From NCBI GenBank assembly GCA_001643675.2, contig LSRY02000009.1, forward strand, positions 1,612,001-1,676,000: 64,000 nt of DNA, in the 5' to 3' direction. Both the position numbers and the translations under genes were made by a program. Below, one piece after another: positions 1 to 12,328 of the stretch (position 1 is its first letter; every line of letters starts with the position of its first letter). Origin of the DNA: Monocercomonoides exilis PA203. Its lineage: Eukaryota; Protista; Preaxostyla. The notes under the pieces are model-generated. The model searched no databases. It saw only the letters and a program-made list of their open reading frames with translations, and had not been told where the DNA came from.

Positions 1-2344
1 TCATCATCCCTCCACTCTTCTCTCTGCCTTCTTTCTGTTGTGCCTGTGCAAGCCTTGGTCGAAAGCGTCAACTTGAAATGTGCAAAACTCGTCTTTCTCT
101 TTCGTCCTCTTCTTTGTCTTTGGCTCTTCATACTGCTTCCCTTTCATCTGCACAGCATTCATCTTGCAACTGAACTACGCTTTCTTTGCCTCTTCCATTT
201 GAACTTGTACTCCTCTCTCTTCGCTTCTTAACGGTATCACAAAGCAAGCAGATGAACGCAATGTGCCTTGAAGCTCCTTCCCTCTTCCACTGCTATTTCT
301 CATTCGGCACAGCCTGCGCACAGAAGCCGTTCCAAGTGCTGAAGCAGAGCAGAATGCGCCTATGGGGAAGAGGAAAACAGTTCAAATGCACAAACAGCGA
401 AGCTGCAGAATGCATTGATGGTGATGAAAATACTGATCAGAGCAGGAAAACTGAATGAATTGATTTTTGGCTCGCCCGGCAGCTCTGAAGAATTGAATAG
501 TTAAAATATATTTGCTGATCTATTCTTTGATTCAACTCGAAATGTGTGGAATATTACTAAGATGAAGCAGAAGTTGAGAGGAGAAGGAAGAAGAAGAAGA
601 AGAAGTCAGGGACGAAGAAGATGGTGAAAATGAATATTTATAATGATTAACAAATCAATAAATAATGTAAAAAAATTCCAAGGAAGAAGAAGGGAGGTTC
701 CATGTAATGTTTTTTACCGAATGAAATATCTCATTTAACAAGTTTATTTCACAACGAAATTAAAAAACCCAAATTGCAAATATTTTGGCTGATATTTTGA
801 AATTAATCAATAAATCTGCATTTCTTCAAAGTAATTTGCCTTCTTTTTGCAATTTCCTCTCCTTTCTCTTCAAAAATTGAAAATGATGATATCTCATAAT
901 TTCCTTTCCTTTCTATTTTTCCTCTTCCATTCAGCTCACAAAATCATCAGAAAATATCAACCCCCTCCTTTTCTTCATCTTTCCCTGTCTCTTCCAAAAT
1001 ATCTACTCCTCTCATAAAAGTTACCCCCTTTTCATATAAACACTTCAGAATACTCTTTTTCTTTCCTGCTTTTGCCCTCTTTTCCTTTTTTCAAAATCCA
1101 TTTCACCCATCAACAATGAACACATCCCTCTCCATCCTCAGCCACTTCTCAACACATTTTCTACATTATCTTCCATAAATCTCCACCCACTCTTCCCCAC
1201 CCCTTTGTCTCGGATTTTATTTCATACAAAAGCCCCTCTTGAAACATTAGCATTCAAAAACATACTCAACTCCTACCCCCTGCCACAAATAATTCTCTTC
1301 CATCACTTGTATGCACCATATTTCTCATATGCCTGGTGTTGATGAGATAAACATCAAATCCGACTTTGAATTCTTGAGAATATTATTAAAGGAGAAGATC
1401 ATTCCAAAAACAGAAAAAACACCTCTGAACATCCATCACAACGTGAACAGCCTGAAAAGACCCTCCAGAAAAATGCACGATGTATTTTGTGGAGATGTAT
1501 TCCTTATTGTGTTCAACCATTCTGAGACTGAAATGAAGAGATTGATTTATTTTCAATGATGATGGCTGTTGAAATGAGTGCGTTTGGCAAAATACAGTCG
1601 AAGGGTAGTTTGGTCTTTATTTATTTTCCTTTTTATAAATATTCGCCTTTTGATGTAATTTGTGTAGTTTTCATGGCGGCAGGCCCAAATTAATGAAAAT
1701 GAATGAGAGCGGAATATCTCGTTGTGCAGGGTGACCACCGAGTTGAGCCAGCAAACTCATACAAAAAGTGCCTTGGGTGAAGGGATTGGGAAGGGAATTG
1801 GAGATGATATTTTTGGAATAAGAAGTTTTAAAATGATGAGTGTGGAAATGAGTAAAATACATAAATTTTACATTATTCAGAAGAGAAAGATAACGAAACA
1901 GTTGAAAGAGAAGCGAACGTTGGTGAATCAACAATGAAAATTATTTATTGTCAAAAATTGATGATTTTTTCTATTATTTGTTGATTTCAACTTATCTTAT
2001 TCTATTCTTTTTCAATAACATTTTTCTGCAAATTTGACAAAAAAAATTTATTGAATCCTTTATCAAAATTGTTGCATTCATATTTCATTTGCGATTGATT
2101 AAAAGTTTTATTCTGTTAATTAAAGTTTTGTCATTTTTTGGATTTGTTTAATGAATTTTCTTCAAATTTTGAAGCAAAAACAATTGGAAACAAATTAAAA
2201 TCAACAAATAATTAATAATAATAATAATTTAAACAATATTTTCTCATTATTTTGCTAATATATTTTCGATTAAACCCCACCCTTAATGAAAATTTTTTAT
2301 GATCAAACTTCGGAATTTTTTATGATATCAAAAAAAATCACCCA
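1..2344. mobile_element. Right arm of a TGGGTGA-ended non-autonomous (pack-type) DNA transposon; left part lies outside the window
   Basis: Ends in TTTATGATATCAAAAAAAATCACCCA followed by TA (2345-2346). Collinear, diverged homology over ~2.3 kb with 60060-62366, which ends in the same motif. Carries a decayed stop-ridden coding-like module. Confidence 0.7.
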
Positions 2345-2777
2345 TATGCAATTCACAAAACAGTTTGTTATACATTATCTGAATGGTTTTTGTTCATCAT
2401 CTTGTTAAAGAAGAAAGTTTTGAAATAGATTTTTTTTACTCCTAACGCATGAAAAACAACACATTGTGAATGTTTTTGTGTATGCATAAACTTGAATAAT
2501 AGTCATGTAGCAAACCCGCACATTTGCATAAACCCGCACACTCGGGTTTAGATGAAAGTTTATGCAATTTTTATCTAAAAATTGAATTTCATTCTTTTTT
2601 TTTAACATTTCTTAAAAAGAATGGAACATTCTTTTCTTTGAAAACATTTTATGTGGGTCCAGCTTTGATCTCTTTGACGAAGCTTTCTCTCTTCCAGCTC
2701 TCTCTTTTGTTTTTATTTTGAATTTTCAAACGTGTGAAATTATGAAAACAAAAAAGGCAATAAAAATATTTTAAATT

Positions 2778-3998
2778 GGCATAGGTACATCTGTGCTTCT
2801 TTTGCATTTTGCTCTGTTAGGAATAAACTTTATGATGAAATAATAGATAAAAATAATTTAAAACTTTTGGGTGGACGAATTTTTTGAAATTGTTTTTTCT
2901 TGTTGAAAAAATTCAATTTTGAAAAATCACCCATAAATATTGCAATTTTAAATTAAAATTTAAATATAAGGATAAACACTTATTAACAAATACACGTAAG
3001 GCTTTTAAGTGTTATATTAACCTTTTGTATCAAAGAATTTCGGAGAAATAAAACATTTCAAAAAATTAATATTAAAATAATCAAAATTTGATCAATCCCA
3101 CAATTAATTTTTTGATCTCCAAAGAATAAGAATAGGCTTTTTTTTCATGATTCAAAGGGCGCACACTTTCCAATATATTTCAATTTGAATATATAAACAT
3201 TATATTATTGTGTGCACTGATTGTTATTTTACATATTCTTCTTCTATTAACAAATTTTGATTTTTAAAATTTGAAATTGATAGTTGTGCAACGTCACACA
3301 ACATGAGTCCAATATTGGTGGATATTGTTGAAAATATGTTGTAAATGCGGACAAACGTATGCTAAATATTTTCTAATTATATTTATTCTTAAATTTTAAC
3401 TTTTCACAATATATATATAATAATTTTTATTTCTAAGTTAGGAATGTTGCAGACTACATAAATTCAAATAGAATCGGAGGTGGAATATCCTATGCATTTG
3501 ATTCGTCTGGATCAATGAAGATTATTGACTCAGCAATCAGTCATTGGGGCTGGAGCATTAGATCAGGGAAAGGTGGAGGAGCGTATCTAGCAACAAAGGA
3601 AAGAGGGATTCTTGATTATGCATTTATGGGGATGAAATTCAGCGCAAACACAGCAAAAGTGGGGAATGATGTTTTCATTGAATGCCATCATATTTCATCA
3701 CAGATCAAAGAAAGCCAGTTTCAGTTTGATCTTCGAAAGAAATCAAATATTAGTTATGCAGATGGGGGAAATGGAGGGATTGACTATCATAAGTGCGGAT
3801 ATTCACTTTCCATGCTCCACATTGATATATGCAGGAACAAATGTGCTTGGCACATCGCCAGCAACACTGAAACTTGTTGATGGAAGTTCTATTTTCGATG
3901 AAATGACACTCAACACTCAAGAAATGAACATTGATGGAGATATTTCAAAGGCAAAGATTAGAATTAGCAAAGGAGGAGAAAACGTATTTCTGATAAAG
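2778..3998 (+). repeat. 1221-bp inverted duplicate of 7296-8516 (terminus plus start of the cargo gene fragment)
   Basis: ORF 3515-3880(+) has the same translation as 7414-7779(-). ORF 3666(+) matches 7628(-) up to ENVFLIK, where identity stops at the 3998/3999 junction. Confidence 0.95.
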
Positions 3999-4463
3999 GG
4001 CATAGGTACATCTGTGCTTCTTTTGCATTTTGCTCTGTTAGGAATAAACTTTATGATGAAATAATAGATAAAAATAATTTAAAACTTTTGGGTGGACGAA
4101 TTTTTTGAAATTGTTTTTTCTTGTTGAAAAAATTCAATTTTGAAAAATCACCCATAAATATTGCAATTTTAAATTAAAATTTAAATATAAGGATAAACAC
4201 TTATTAACAAATACACGTAAGGCTTTTAAGTGTTATATTAACCTTTTGTATCAAAGAATTTCGGAGAAATAAAACATTTCAAAAAATTAATATTAAAATA
4301 ATCAAAATTTGATCAATCCCACAATTAATTTTTTGATCTCCAAAGAATAAGAATAGGCTTTTTTTTCATGATTCAAAGGGCGCACACTTTCCAATATATT
4401 TCAATTTGAATATATAAACATTATATTATTGTGTGCACTGATTGTTATTTTACATATTCTTCT
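3999..4463 (+). repeat. Internal third copy of the ~465-bp terminal inverted repeat
   Basis: GGCATAGGTACATC restarts at 3999 and matches 2778-~3242 until it diverges near 4463. Confidence 0.93.
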
Positions 4464-5057
4464 ATTATTAATAAATCCTGATAATAAAAATTTTATGTTG
4501 TTAATCAGGAAATATGAGGATATCCGCTTTTTATGAACGAAGATCAGGAATACAATGGCTTTTGAAAACTGTACAGGTGGCACAATAAGTCCTTTTTTTT
4601 TTTCTTGAATTCTTTGTAATCATATCATAAATTACTATTTTTATTAGAAAATAAAGATTGGATGCAGAAGTTGAACCAAAAGATAAGAGAGGAGCAATAT
4701 TATTCTGCTCCTTCTGAAGGCGGTGTCAGAAGAAACACACAGCTGAGAAGGTGAAAAAGTTTGTGGAGCAGAAAAAATATAAATTTTGCAATTGCATTAA
4801 CGATAATACTGATTGTCTTTTTCAATAAATTTGATTTTTCAAAACAATTTCATGTACAAAATTAATTTGTTATATTAATTTCAAAAAGAAGAACTTTTAA
4901 TTGAAAATCATTTGCATGAGAGCAATGCATTGCAATAATATCATATTTTTTGACTAAGTGTTTTTGAAATGTTTGATGTTTCTTTGAAACACTCTTTGTT
5001 AAAAAAGCATAATATGAGATTTCTCATTGATTCTATTATTAAACTGAACAGGCTTTG

Positions 5058-7860
5058 CTAAATGGCTCCTCCATCAATCATGCACCCATCAATCACAAGC
5101 GCTTTCAAAAATGAATAAGAATCTTCAATTGTCCCTTCATCCCTCACTTTCACTTTCCTTTCTCCTTCTGTCTCACTTCTGTCAATGTGTCTTATTCCCC
5201 TCCACATCGATTCACACGGATATCCATCGCTCCCACATCCCAATGTGTCATACCCCTCCATTGACACACACACCTCTATTCTCTTCACTTCAACAAGAAA
5301 CAGTCCAAGATCAACACTCTCTGCAAAATGCTCTCTGTCAATCCCTTTCATATCAACTGACATCACTTATTCTTCTCCATTTTCATATTCGTATTCAAAT
5401 CCAAACCTCTCCTTCGTCACTGTTTCATTCAGTTTCTTGCAAGAAATGAACAAATCCCTTCCCTCGGCAGCAACATTATCTTCAAATGTTAATGCTGTCA
5501 ACAAAAAGTTATTCACACAATCATCACTCAAATCCAGATATATTCCTCCTCCTCTTCCTCCATTTCCATTTGCCGAGCATCTCAATATGGATGATGATCC
5601 GATTTCAAGCAAATCATTCAGCTTCATCTCGCTCTTCACACACCCTCCACTCATGCTTTCTGTCTCGATATCCTCAAATCTGCTTCCTCCATCAACTCTC
5701 AAACTCGATCCTCCATCCGATGTTATCAGCGATCCTGCTCCCACAACACACCCCAATGCTGTCATGTTCCTCAATGTCACTTCCGATCCACCATTTCCCG
5801 CTATCACTCCTCCTCCACTGGTTTCAATCCCATCCAATGAACAGTTCTCAAATATCACATTTCCTCCTCCAAATCTTGCAATTCCACATCCTTCAAATAT
5901 TATCCCGTTCAGTTCTGTTCACTCTATTCGAATTACCCCTCCATTCCCAATCACTATCCACTTCCCACACTCATCCACATTTGAATTCCCTTCTCCTTTT
6001 GAAAACAAACAATCCAAAATGAAGCATTGCCCAATCCTCGCTTCCACAATCGATTCGTCACCACTTGCACTTGCAGAGGAGGAACATGGAAGCAAAATCT
6101 GAAGAAGTGACAAAGTCAAACGTGTTTGCCCATCTCCTTCTGTCAATTCAAATTTCCCTCCCTCTTCAACAACCAGTTCTCTCGTTTCTTCATTCCCTTT
6201 GATTGTCAGTCCTTTTCCACCTCTGTTGATAGTCTTGCTCACTGAAGCAGCACTAACAAGCATAATCCTCTCTATCTCATCGTTCAACCGATCAAACCCA
6301 ATATCAACAGACGAGCAAGGATTTTCTTTCGCTCCACAATTAACCTCTTCGTTTCCAGCATTGCTCACAAACAAATCCGTTCCCAACCTTGGAAACAGAT
6401 AATTGATCAGTGAGTCTTCTTTTCTTGCTTCAGAAGACTCAAGCACCCACATCTTATTTTCTGCTGTGACTCTTGTGGCTGTCCCTTCCTACAACGCCGG
6501 AAGAAGCATCGTCCATGGTGATCTACACACCAAATACACATCTTCTCCTTTTTCTGCCGCATTGTTCGTGAAAGTGTCATTCTTCATAGAGTATTCAATA
6601 TTCGTTGTTTCAAATGTCAGATGCATCCCTCCTCCTTTTCCTCTTCTCTCTGCAACTCTGCATCCATTGATCTTGTTGTCATCAAACAACAGTTTTCCTC
6701 CGTCTCCCACAATCAGAACAATCCCTCCCCCAATTGCGCTCACTGAATTGCATTTGCATTCCTCAAACACGCATTTGTTAACATCCACACAATTCCCATT
6801 CCTCACTCTCCCATTCAACACCCCTCCATTCCCACTGCCTCTCTGAATTGATTTGAACGTGCAGTTCCAGATTTTTGTATTAATCCCTTCTCCAATCTCA
6901 ATCTCATTTCCATTCTCAAAATGAGATTCATTCATCGTCGTGTTCTTAATCTCAATATCTCCTCCATTTCTCAGTTCAAATAAGCTTCTTCCCGCATTTT
7001 CTATTGTCACATTCCTCACGATCACCTCATCAATCAATCCTCCAACCCCTGCTCCATCAAAAGTCACCATTCCTGTTTTGGTCATTCGGATATTTTCAAA
7101 TTCACAATTTGCCAACTCCACTTTCCCTCCTTTCCCACAAATCAATCCCACTCCAATCTCTTCTGATTCTGCTCCAAATGAACATTCCTCAAATTTTAAT
7201 GTGCTTGAACTGCACAGAAATACATGCTCCTTTCTTGATTCGGCAAACGTTGATATCGAAAATACCAATGATGAAAACAATATTGCTCGTTCGCTCTTTA
7301 TCAGAAATACGTTTTCTCCTCCTTTGCTAATTCTAATCTTTGCCTTTGAAATATCTCCATCAATGTTCATTTCTTGAGTGTTGAGTGTCATTTCATCGAA
7401 AATAGAACTTCCATCAACAAGTTTCAGTGTTGCTGGCGATGTGCCAAGCACATTTGTTCCTGCATATATCAATGTGGAGCATGGAAAGTGAATATCCGCA
7501 CTTATGATAGTCAATCCCTCCATTTCCCCCATCTGCATAACTAATATTTGATTTCTTTCGAAGATCAAACTGAAACTGGCTTTCTTTGATCTGTGATGAA
7601 ATATGATGGCATTCAATGAAAACATCATTCCCCACTTTTGCTGTGTTTGCGCTGAATTTCATCCCCATAAATGCATAATCAAGAATCCCTCTTTCCTTTG
7701 TTGCTAGATACGCTCCTCCACCTTTCCCTGATCTAATGCTCCAGCCCCAATGACTGATTGCTGAGTCAATAATCTTCATTGATCCAGACGAATCAAATGC
7801 ATAGGATATTCCACCTCCGATTCTATTTGAATTTATGTAGTCTGCAACATTCCTAACTTA
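5058..7860 (-). pseudogene. Fragment of a large parallel beta-helix (pectin-lyase/Pmp-like GGxI repeat) protein, carried as transposon cargo
   Basis: Motifs GRGGGIYLDLS, GKGGGMHL, F.NN.A..G.D.(F/Y), CG....PC. ORFs 6489-7628, 5919-6452, 5367-5858 and 5058-5366 share one frame broken by TAG, TGA and TAA. ORF 7414-7779 joins by a frameshift. Confidence 0.75.
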
Positions 7861-10274
7861 GAAATAAAAATTATTATATATATATTGTGAAAAGTTAAAA
7901 TTTAAGAATAAATATAATTAGAAAATATTTAGCATACGTTTGTCCGCATTTACAACATATTTTCAACAATATCCACCAATATTGGACTCATGTTGTGTGA
8001 CGTTGCACAACTATCAATTTCAAATTTTAAAAATCAAAATTTGTTAATAGAAGAAGAATATGTAAAATAACAATCAGTGCACACAATAATATAATGTTTA
8101 TATATTCAAATTGAAATATATTGGAAAGTGTGCGCCCTTTGAATCATGAAAAAAAAGCCTATTCTTATTCTTTGGAGATCAAAAAATTAATTGTGGGATT
8201 GATCAAATTTTGATTATTTTAATATTAATTTTTTGAAATGTTTTATTTCTCCGAAATTCTTTGATACAAAAGGTTAATATAACACTTAAAAGCCTTACGT
8301 GTATTTGTTAATAAGTGTTTATCCTTATATTTAAATTTTAATTTAAAATTGCAATATTTATGGGTGATTTTTCAAAATTGAATTTTTTCAACAAGAAAAA
8401 ACAATTTCAAAAAATTCGTCCACCCAAAAGTTTTAAATTATTTTTATCTATTATTTCATCATAAAGTTTATTCCTAACAGAGCAAAATGCAAAAGAAGCA
8501 CAGATGTACCTATGCCTTTAAATTTTTGTTGTTCAATATGAAATTTTCATGAAATGGAAAACAGATAGATCAAAAGTCAAAAAGTGAGGATCGAGTCAAA
8601 AAGAATATCAAAGAATTAATATTATCAAGTCCAGTGTATTTCACATCCAAAAGAACAATGTGAAATTTATAGAATAAAAAAGGGAATGATATTCTTAAAA
8701 AAATTGTTCAATTCACGAAGAGAATTGATTATTCAAATTAAATGAAACTGAAAAGAAGAAATAAAGAAAAAATACACACAAAAATGAATGTTTTGAGTTG
8801 AATAACCCCAAAATAGAAAGAACGAATTGTTTTTGTTAAAATGGAATACTTCAAAACATATAATGGTTTCAATCCCATAGAATATATTGTTTCATCAAAA
8901 TTGTGTCATTTTTTCCTTGTTTGACAAGTTTTATTGGTGGCTCTAATCTCCACGATGATTGTTCGATTACACAAATATTAACCATTGTTATTTCAAATTT
9001 CCAAATGAGCGAATTGTTTGATAAAATTCTTTCAATAATAAATGTTTTTCATTTGAATTTATGGAACTCAAACATAATAATGGAAAAAGCTAGAAATCCA
9101 ATAACGAGGAGATAACATTTACAACACAAAAAATTTAAAATCAGATTCAAGAATAAGCAGTATTTGTTCAGAATTAGAAATACATTTACAGGAAAAATAA
9201 ATTGACCAAATTTGTGGCTCGTTGTTTTTTAAATTTTGTTATCACAAAATAAGTTGAAGTTGACACTTGAAAGAGAATGGAAAGTGTGAGTTTTGATTCT
9301 ATTTTTTCAAATTTTTAACTTTTAATCTTTCAAAATTAACTTTTTAAATATAGTGTGTGTTATTCAGTGAAATTTTATGAAAAAACTTGCGATGATCGAA
9401 TTTGATTCTAATTCTTATTTTTAGCTCATGAAAACGATGGACTTCTGTCAAATCATTGTCGTTTGCGATCTTCTTCTTCCACTTCCACTTCTTCTTCTTC
9501 TTCTGCTCTCCTTTCTCCTCAGCTTCGTTCTTTGTCTCCACAATCCTTCAATGAAATGTATTCATTGAATTAATCGTATTCATCGAATGCTTTCCCTCTT
9601 TCTCTTCCTCTCCCTCTCCCTCCTCATCCGCCTCCACCTGCTCCTCCTGTTTCTCCTGTTTCTCCTCTTCCACATGCAAACAATCAATGTTGCCAACAAA
9701 ATCATCAACAAAACTAGCAAAGACACTCCTTCCCACTCTCCTCCGTTGCTCTCAAGCAGGTTCCAGCTGTGTTCTCCACTGTTTCTGTTTCTGTCTCTTC
9801 TTCTCCTGTTAATTCTTCTTCCTCCTCCTCCTCCTCTTCCTCTTCCTCTTTTCCTTTCCCTTCCCCTTTCCCTCTCTCTGTCACCACCACTAACACTTCG
9901 ATTTCAGAAATTACAAAAAATTTTTGTTTCTTCTTCCCTTTCTTCTTCCCTTTCCTCTTCTTCCTCCTCATCCTCTTCTTCTTCTTCTTCGACGATTTCG
10001 CTTCTGAACTAGTTAATCAGCAGGCTCACCAGCGAGCTGGAGAAGACAAGAGAAGAGAAAACTGAGCTTCAAAGGCAGAACGATCGCGCGCAGGCTGAAC
10101 TGAACTCTGCAAAGGTGGAAATGAATATGCTCTCAATGAAGCTGGAGGAAGAGCAGAAGCGCAGGGAAGACGAGGAACACTGCCTGAAAATGAAGAGAGA
10201 GTCGATTGAAAACCAGCTGAAGGACGAAATATTGAAGTTGAGAAAAGACAAGTGTGAGTTAGTTTGATTGAAAA

Positions 10275-10275
<1 letters not shown>

Positions 10276-10313
<38 letters not shown>

Positions 10314-10346
10314 TTTATTTATATATTTATTTATATATTTATATAT

Positions 10347-10377
<31 letters not shown>

Positions 10378-10465
10378 TTTTAAGTGTGTGTGTGTATGTA
10401 TGTATGTGTGTGTGTGTGTATGTATGTATGTGTGTGTGTGTGTATGTATGTGTGTGTATGTGTGT

Positions 10466-10529
<64 letters not shown>
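10276..10529. repeat. Compound microsatellite (TTA)n/(TTAT)n then (TG)n/(TATG)n
   Basis: Directly visible simple repeats; they generate the spurious CV/TH ORFs. Confidence 0.97.
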
Positions 10530-10533
<4 letters not shown>

Positions 10534-10630
10534 GTGGAAAGATTGCACATATGCGGACCCTTTTGATAATAGAACCATAATAATATTTATTAGGTTTAAA
10601 TGAATTCTTTTTCTGACTATTGCAGTTGTT

Positions 10631-10829
10631 TTAGGGTTAGGGTTATCACAAAATTCTTCTTTAAAAAGTTGTTTTAGGTCGTAGGGTTGTGCCTCGAATC
10701 TTCTTTTTAGGGTTTTGATGAAAAAAGTGAGGTTTTGTATGGACAAAATTTTTAGGGTTAGGGATATAGATAAAAGAATAAGTGAAAATAGAACCCTTTG
10801 GGGTGCAGTAATAGCACAACAGGTTAGGG
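10631..10829 (+). repeat. Dispersed telomere-type TTAGGG hexamers inside the MITE
   Basis: Six exact TTAGGG on one strand at 10631, 10637, 10707, 10752, 10758 and 10824. Confidence 0.85.
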
Positions 10830-10887
10830 TGTTGGAACAGGACGAGAAGGATGCGGGTTCGATTCCTCCCGTATTCTTCTTTTTTTT
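10805..10887 (+). promoter_or_regulatory. tRNA-derived type-2 Pol III promoter (A box, B box, T-run terminator); degenerate tRNA-like sequence
   Basis: A box TAGCACAACAGG (10812-10823), B box GGTTCGATTCC (10856-10866) at tRNA spacing, and a T-run ending at 10887. Acceptor and anticodon stems do not pair. Confidence 0.7.
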
Positions 10888-11026
10888 GCAAAAATTTTCT
10901 AAAAATTAAAGGTCCGCATAAGTGCATTCTTGCCGTTTGCGTTGTGAAGTTCAACTCTTTCATTATTAAATTTTTTGTTTATCGTTTCGTTATTATTTTC
11001 GTTGTTATTTATTTGTGGTGATAATA

Positions 11027-11330
11027 TGGGTGTTTTTTTTTGAAATCATAAAAAAAGATCACAAATTGAAAAAATAAAATCTATTGTGGTATTTTCTGAT
11101 CACATAATAAGAATTGATTTTTCATGAGTTTTGAGCTTTTATTTCTGTTATATATATAAGTTTTATTTTAATATGCAGAAAATCATACCTTTTTTACACT
11201 TTTGGTGAAAAAGAATATTTTCGATCAAGATTTATTAAAATTAACAAAAAACGAATAAATAAAACTTCAAAATGAAAAAGTCAAGTTTCTTAACTTTCCA
11301 AACAGTACTTATAATTGGAAAATAAAAATG
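11027..11330. mobile_element. Left end of the TGGGTGA transposon family
   Basis: TA|TGGGTGTTTTTTTTTGAAATCATAAAAAAAGATC; about 250-300 bp homologous to 56286-56580 (shared AATAAAATCTATTGTGGTATTT). Confidence 0.75.
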
Positions 11331-11878
11331 AAAAGATATTGGAAAAGTCAAAAATATGTATAAATTTTTTCTTTTTTCTTTTTTATTATTTTTTTTGATA
11401 TTCAAAAAAAGAGAACTGTTCGTTATCTATTATTAAATATGTTTCAACATTACAAATTATCCGTTCCAGTCTCGTGATTCAGTAACTGGATGGAATTGTG
11501 GAAAAGTGAATATTGCTAAGAACAACAGTTGATTCAAATTCTTCTATTTCTCTCTCTTCTCCTGATCTTATCACTTATTGACTTCTCTCTCCATCCTCTT
11601 TGTTCTTCGTCCAAAATTTTCCATTATTGTTTCTTTGAAATTCTCATTCAACATACGCCCTCTATCGCTCCTTTATATACAATGGAATTCATTCCATTCA
11701 TCCTTCGTTTCTTCTTCTCTCTTCTTTCATTTCTTCATTAATTACCAACTCCCCTGCCCTCTCCCTCTCCCTCACCAACTGCACAATCGCCAACATCGAC
11801 TCAGCTCCACAACGCCAACAGATTCCCACCAATGGCGAATACATCTCATTCGCCTCATCCGTTTCTGCCAACACATTT

Positions 11879-12328
11879 TTGGTGTGCAGCACCACCTTCT
11901 CCACCTGCTCTGTGAGCGAGGACACAAGTTCTGGAGGAAGAGGCGGTGCACTCATGATCGAGTTCAGCCAAGGCTCACAAGTGTCAGAATCCTCCTTTTC
12001 CATCACCAATGTCATATTCTCAGCCAACAAGGCCCGTGCCGGAAAAGATATGTATTTTGTGTGTGAATCCCTTGTCGTTTCCGTGAAAGAGCCCTTGGTA
12101 ACTTTCATGGGAAACATCACTCAGAAAGATAACTCGATTGTTGGACATGACAGAACAGAAGCATTCGGTGATTGGAATGTCGATTTGTTTATAATTCTCA
12201 ACGGGCATGCAGCTAACAATGAATATGCAAATGATCATCTTGGTGTCAAAGCAATGAATTGCTGGCTATCAAAGATGCCCTTCAAGAGCACACGCAATGC
12301 GATGTGTCTTCTGAAGAAGGTGCAATAG
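11879..12328 (+). pseudogene. Fragment of the same beta-helix repeat protein family
   Basis: GGRGGALMIEF, FSANKARAGKDMYFVC; truncated at both ends. Confidence 0.6.

Larger units (their letters stand above)
2778..8516. mobile_element. Composite non-autonomous TIR transposon (GG..CC termini, 8-bp TSD; Merlin-like signature) carrying a host gene fragment
   Basis: Starts GGCATAGGTACATCTGTGC at 2778 and ends with its reverse complement at 8516. TTTAAATT lies directly on both flanks (2770-2777, 8517-8524). No transposase inside. Confidence 0.9.
10536..10934. mobile_element. 399-bp MITE, Merlin-type signature
   Basis: TIR GGAAAGATTGCACATATGCGGACC versus reverse complement of the right end GGCAAGAATGCACTTATGCGGACC (21/24). 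Perfect 8-bp TSD GTTTGCGT at 10528-10535 and 10935-10942. Confidence 0.88.

Noticed and set aside
5058-7628. Alternative genetic code explaining in-frame stops
   Set aside because: TAA, TAG and TGA all interrupt the same frame, frameshifts co-occur, and the intact Tc1 ORF has no internal stops; decay is simpler.
8820-9115. Transposase relic (FNPIEY; HTH-like LHDDCSITQI)
   Set aside because: Too short and degenerate to assign without a profile search.
9344-10603. Low-complexity ORFs (poly-S/E/K/L, CV repeats) here and antisense to the long ORFs elsewhere
   Set aside because: Products of microsatellites and shadow frames, not independent genes.
10631-10829. Chromosome end or telomere fusion
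   Set aside because: At most two tandem hexamers in a row, enclosed by MITE TIRs and a TSD.
10805-10876. Functional tRNA gene
   Set aside because: Acceptor and anticodon stems do not pair; only the promoter boxes and partial D/T arms remain.
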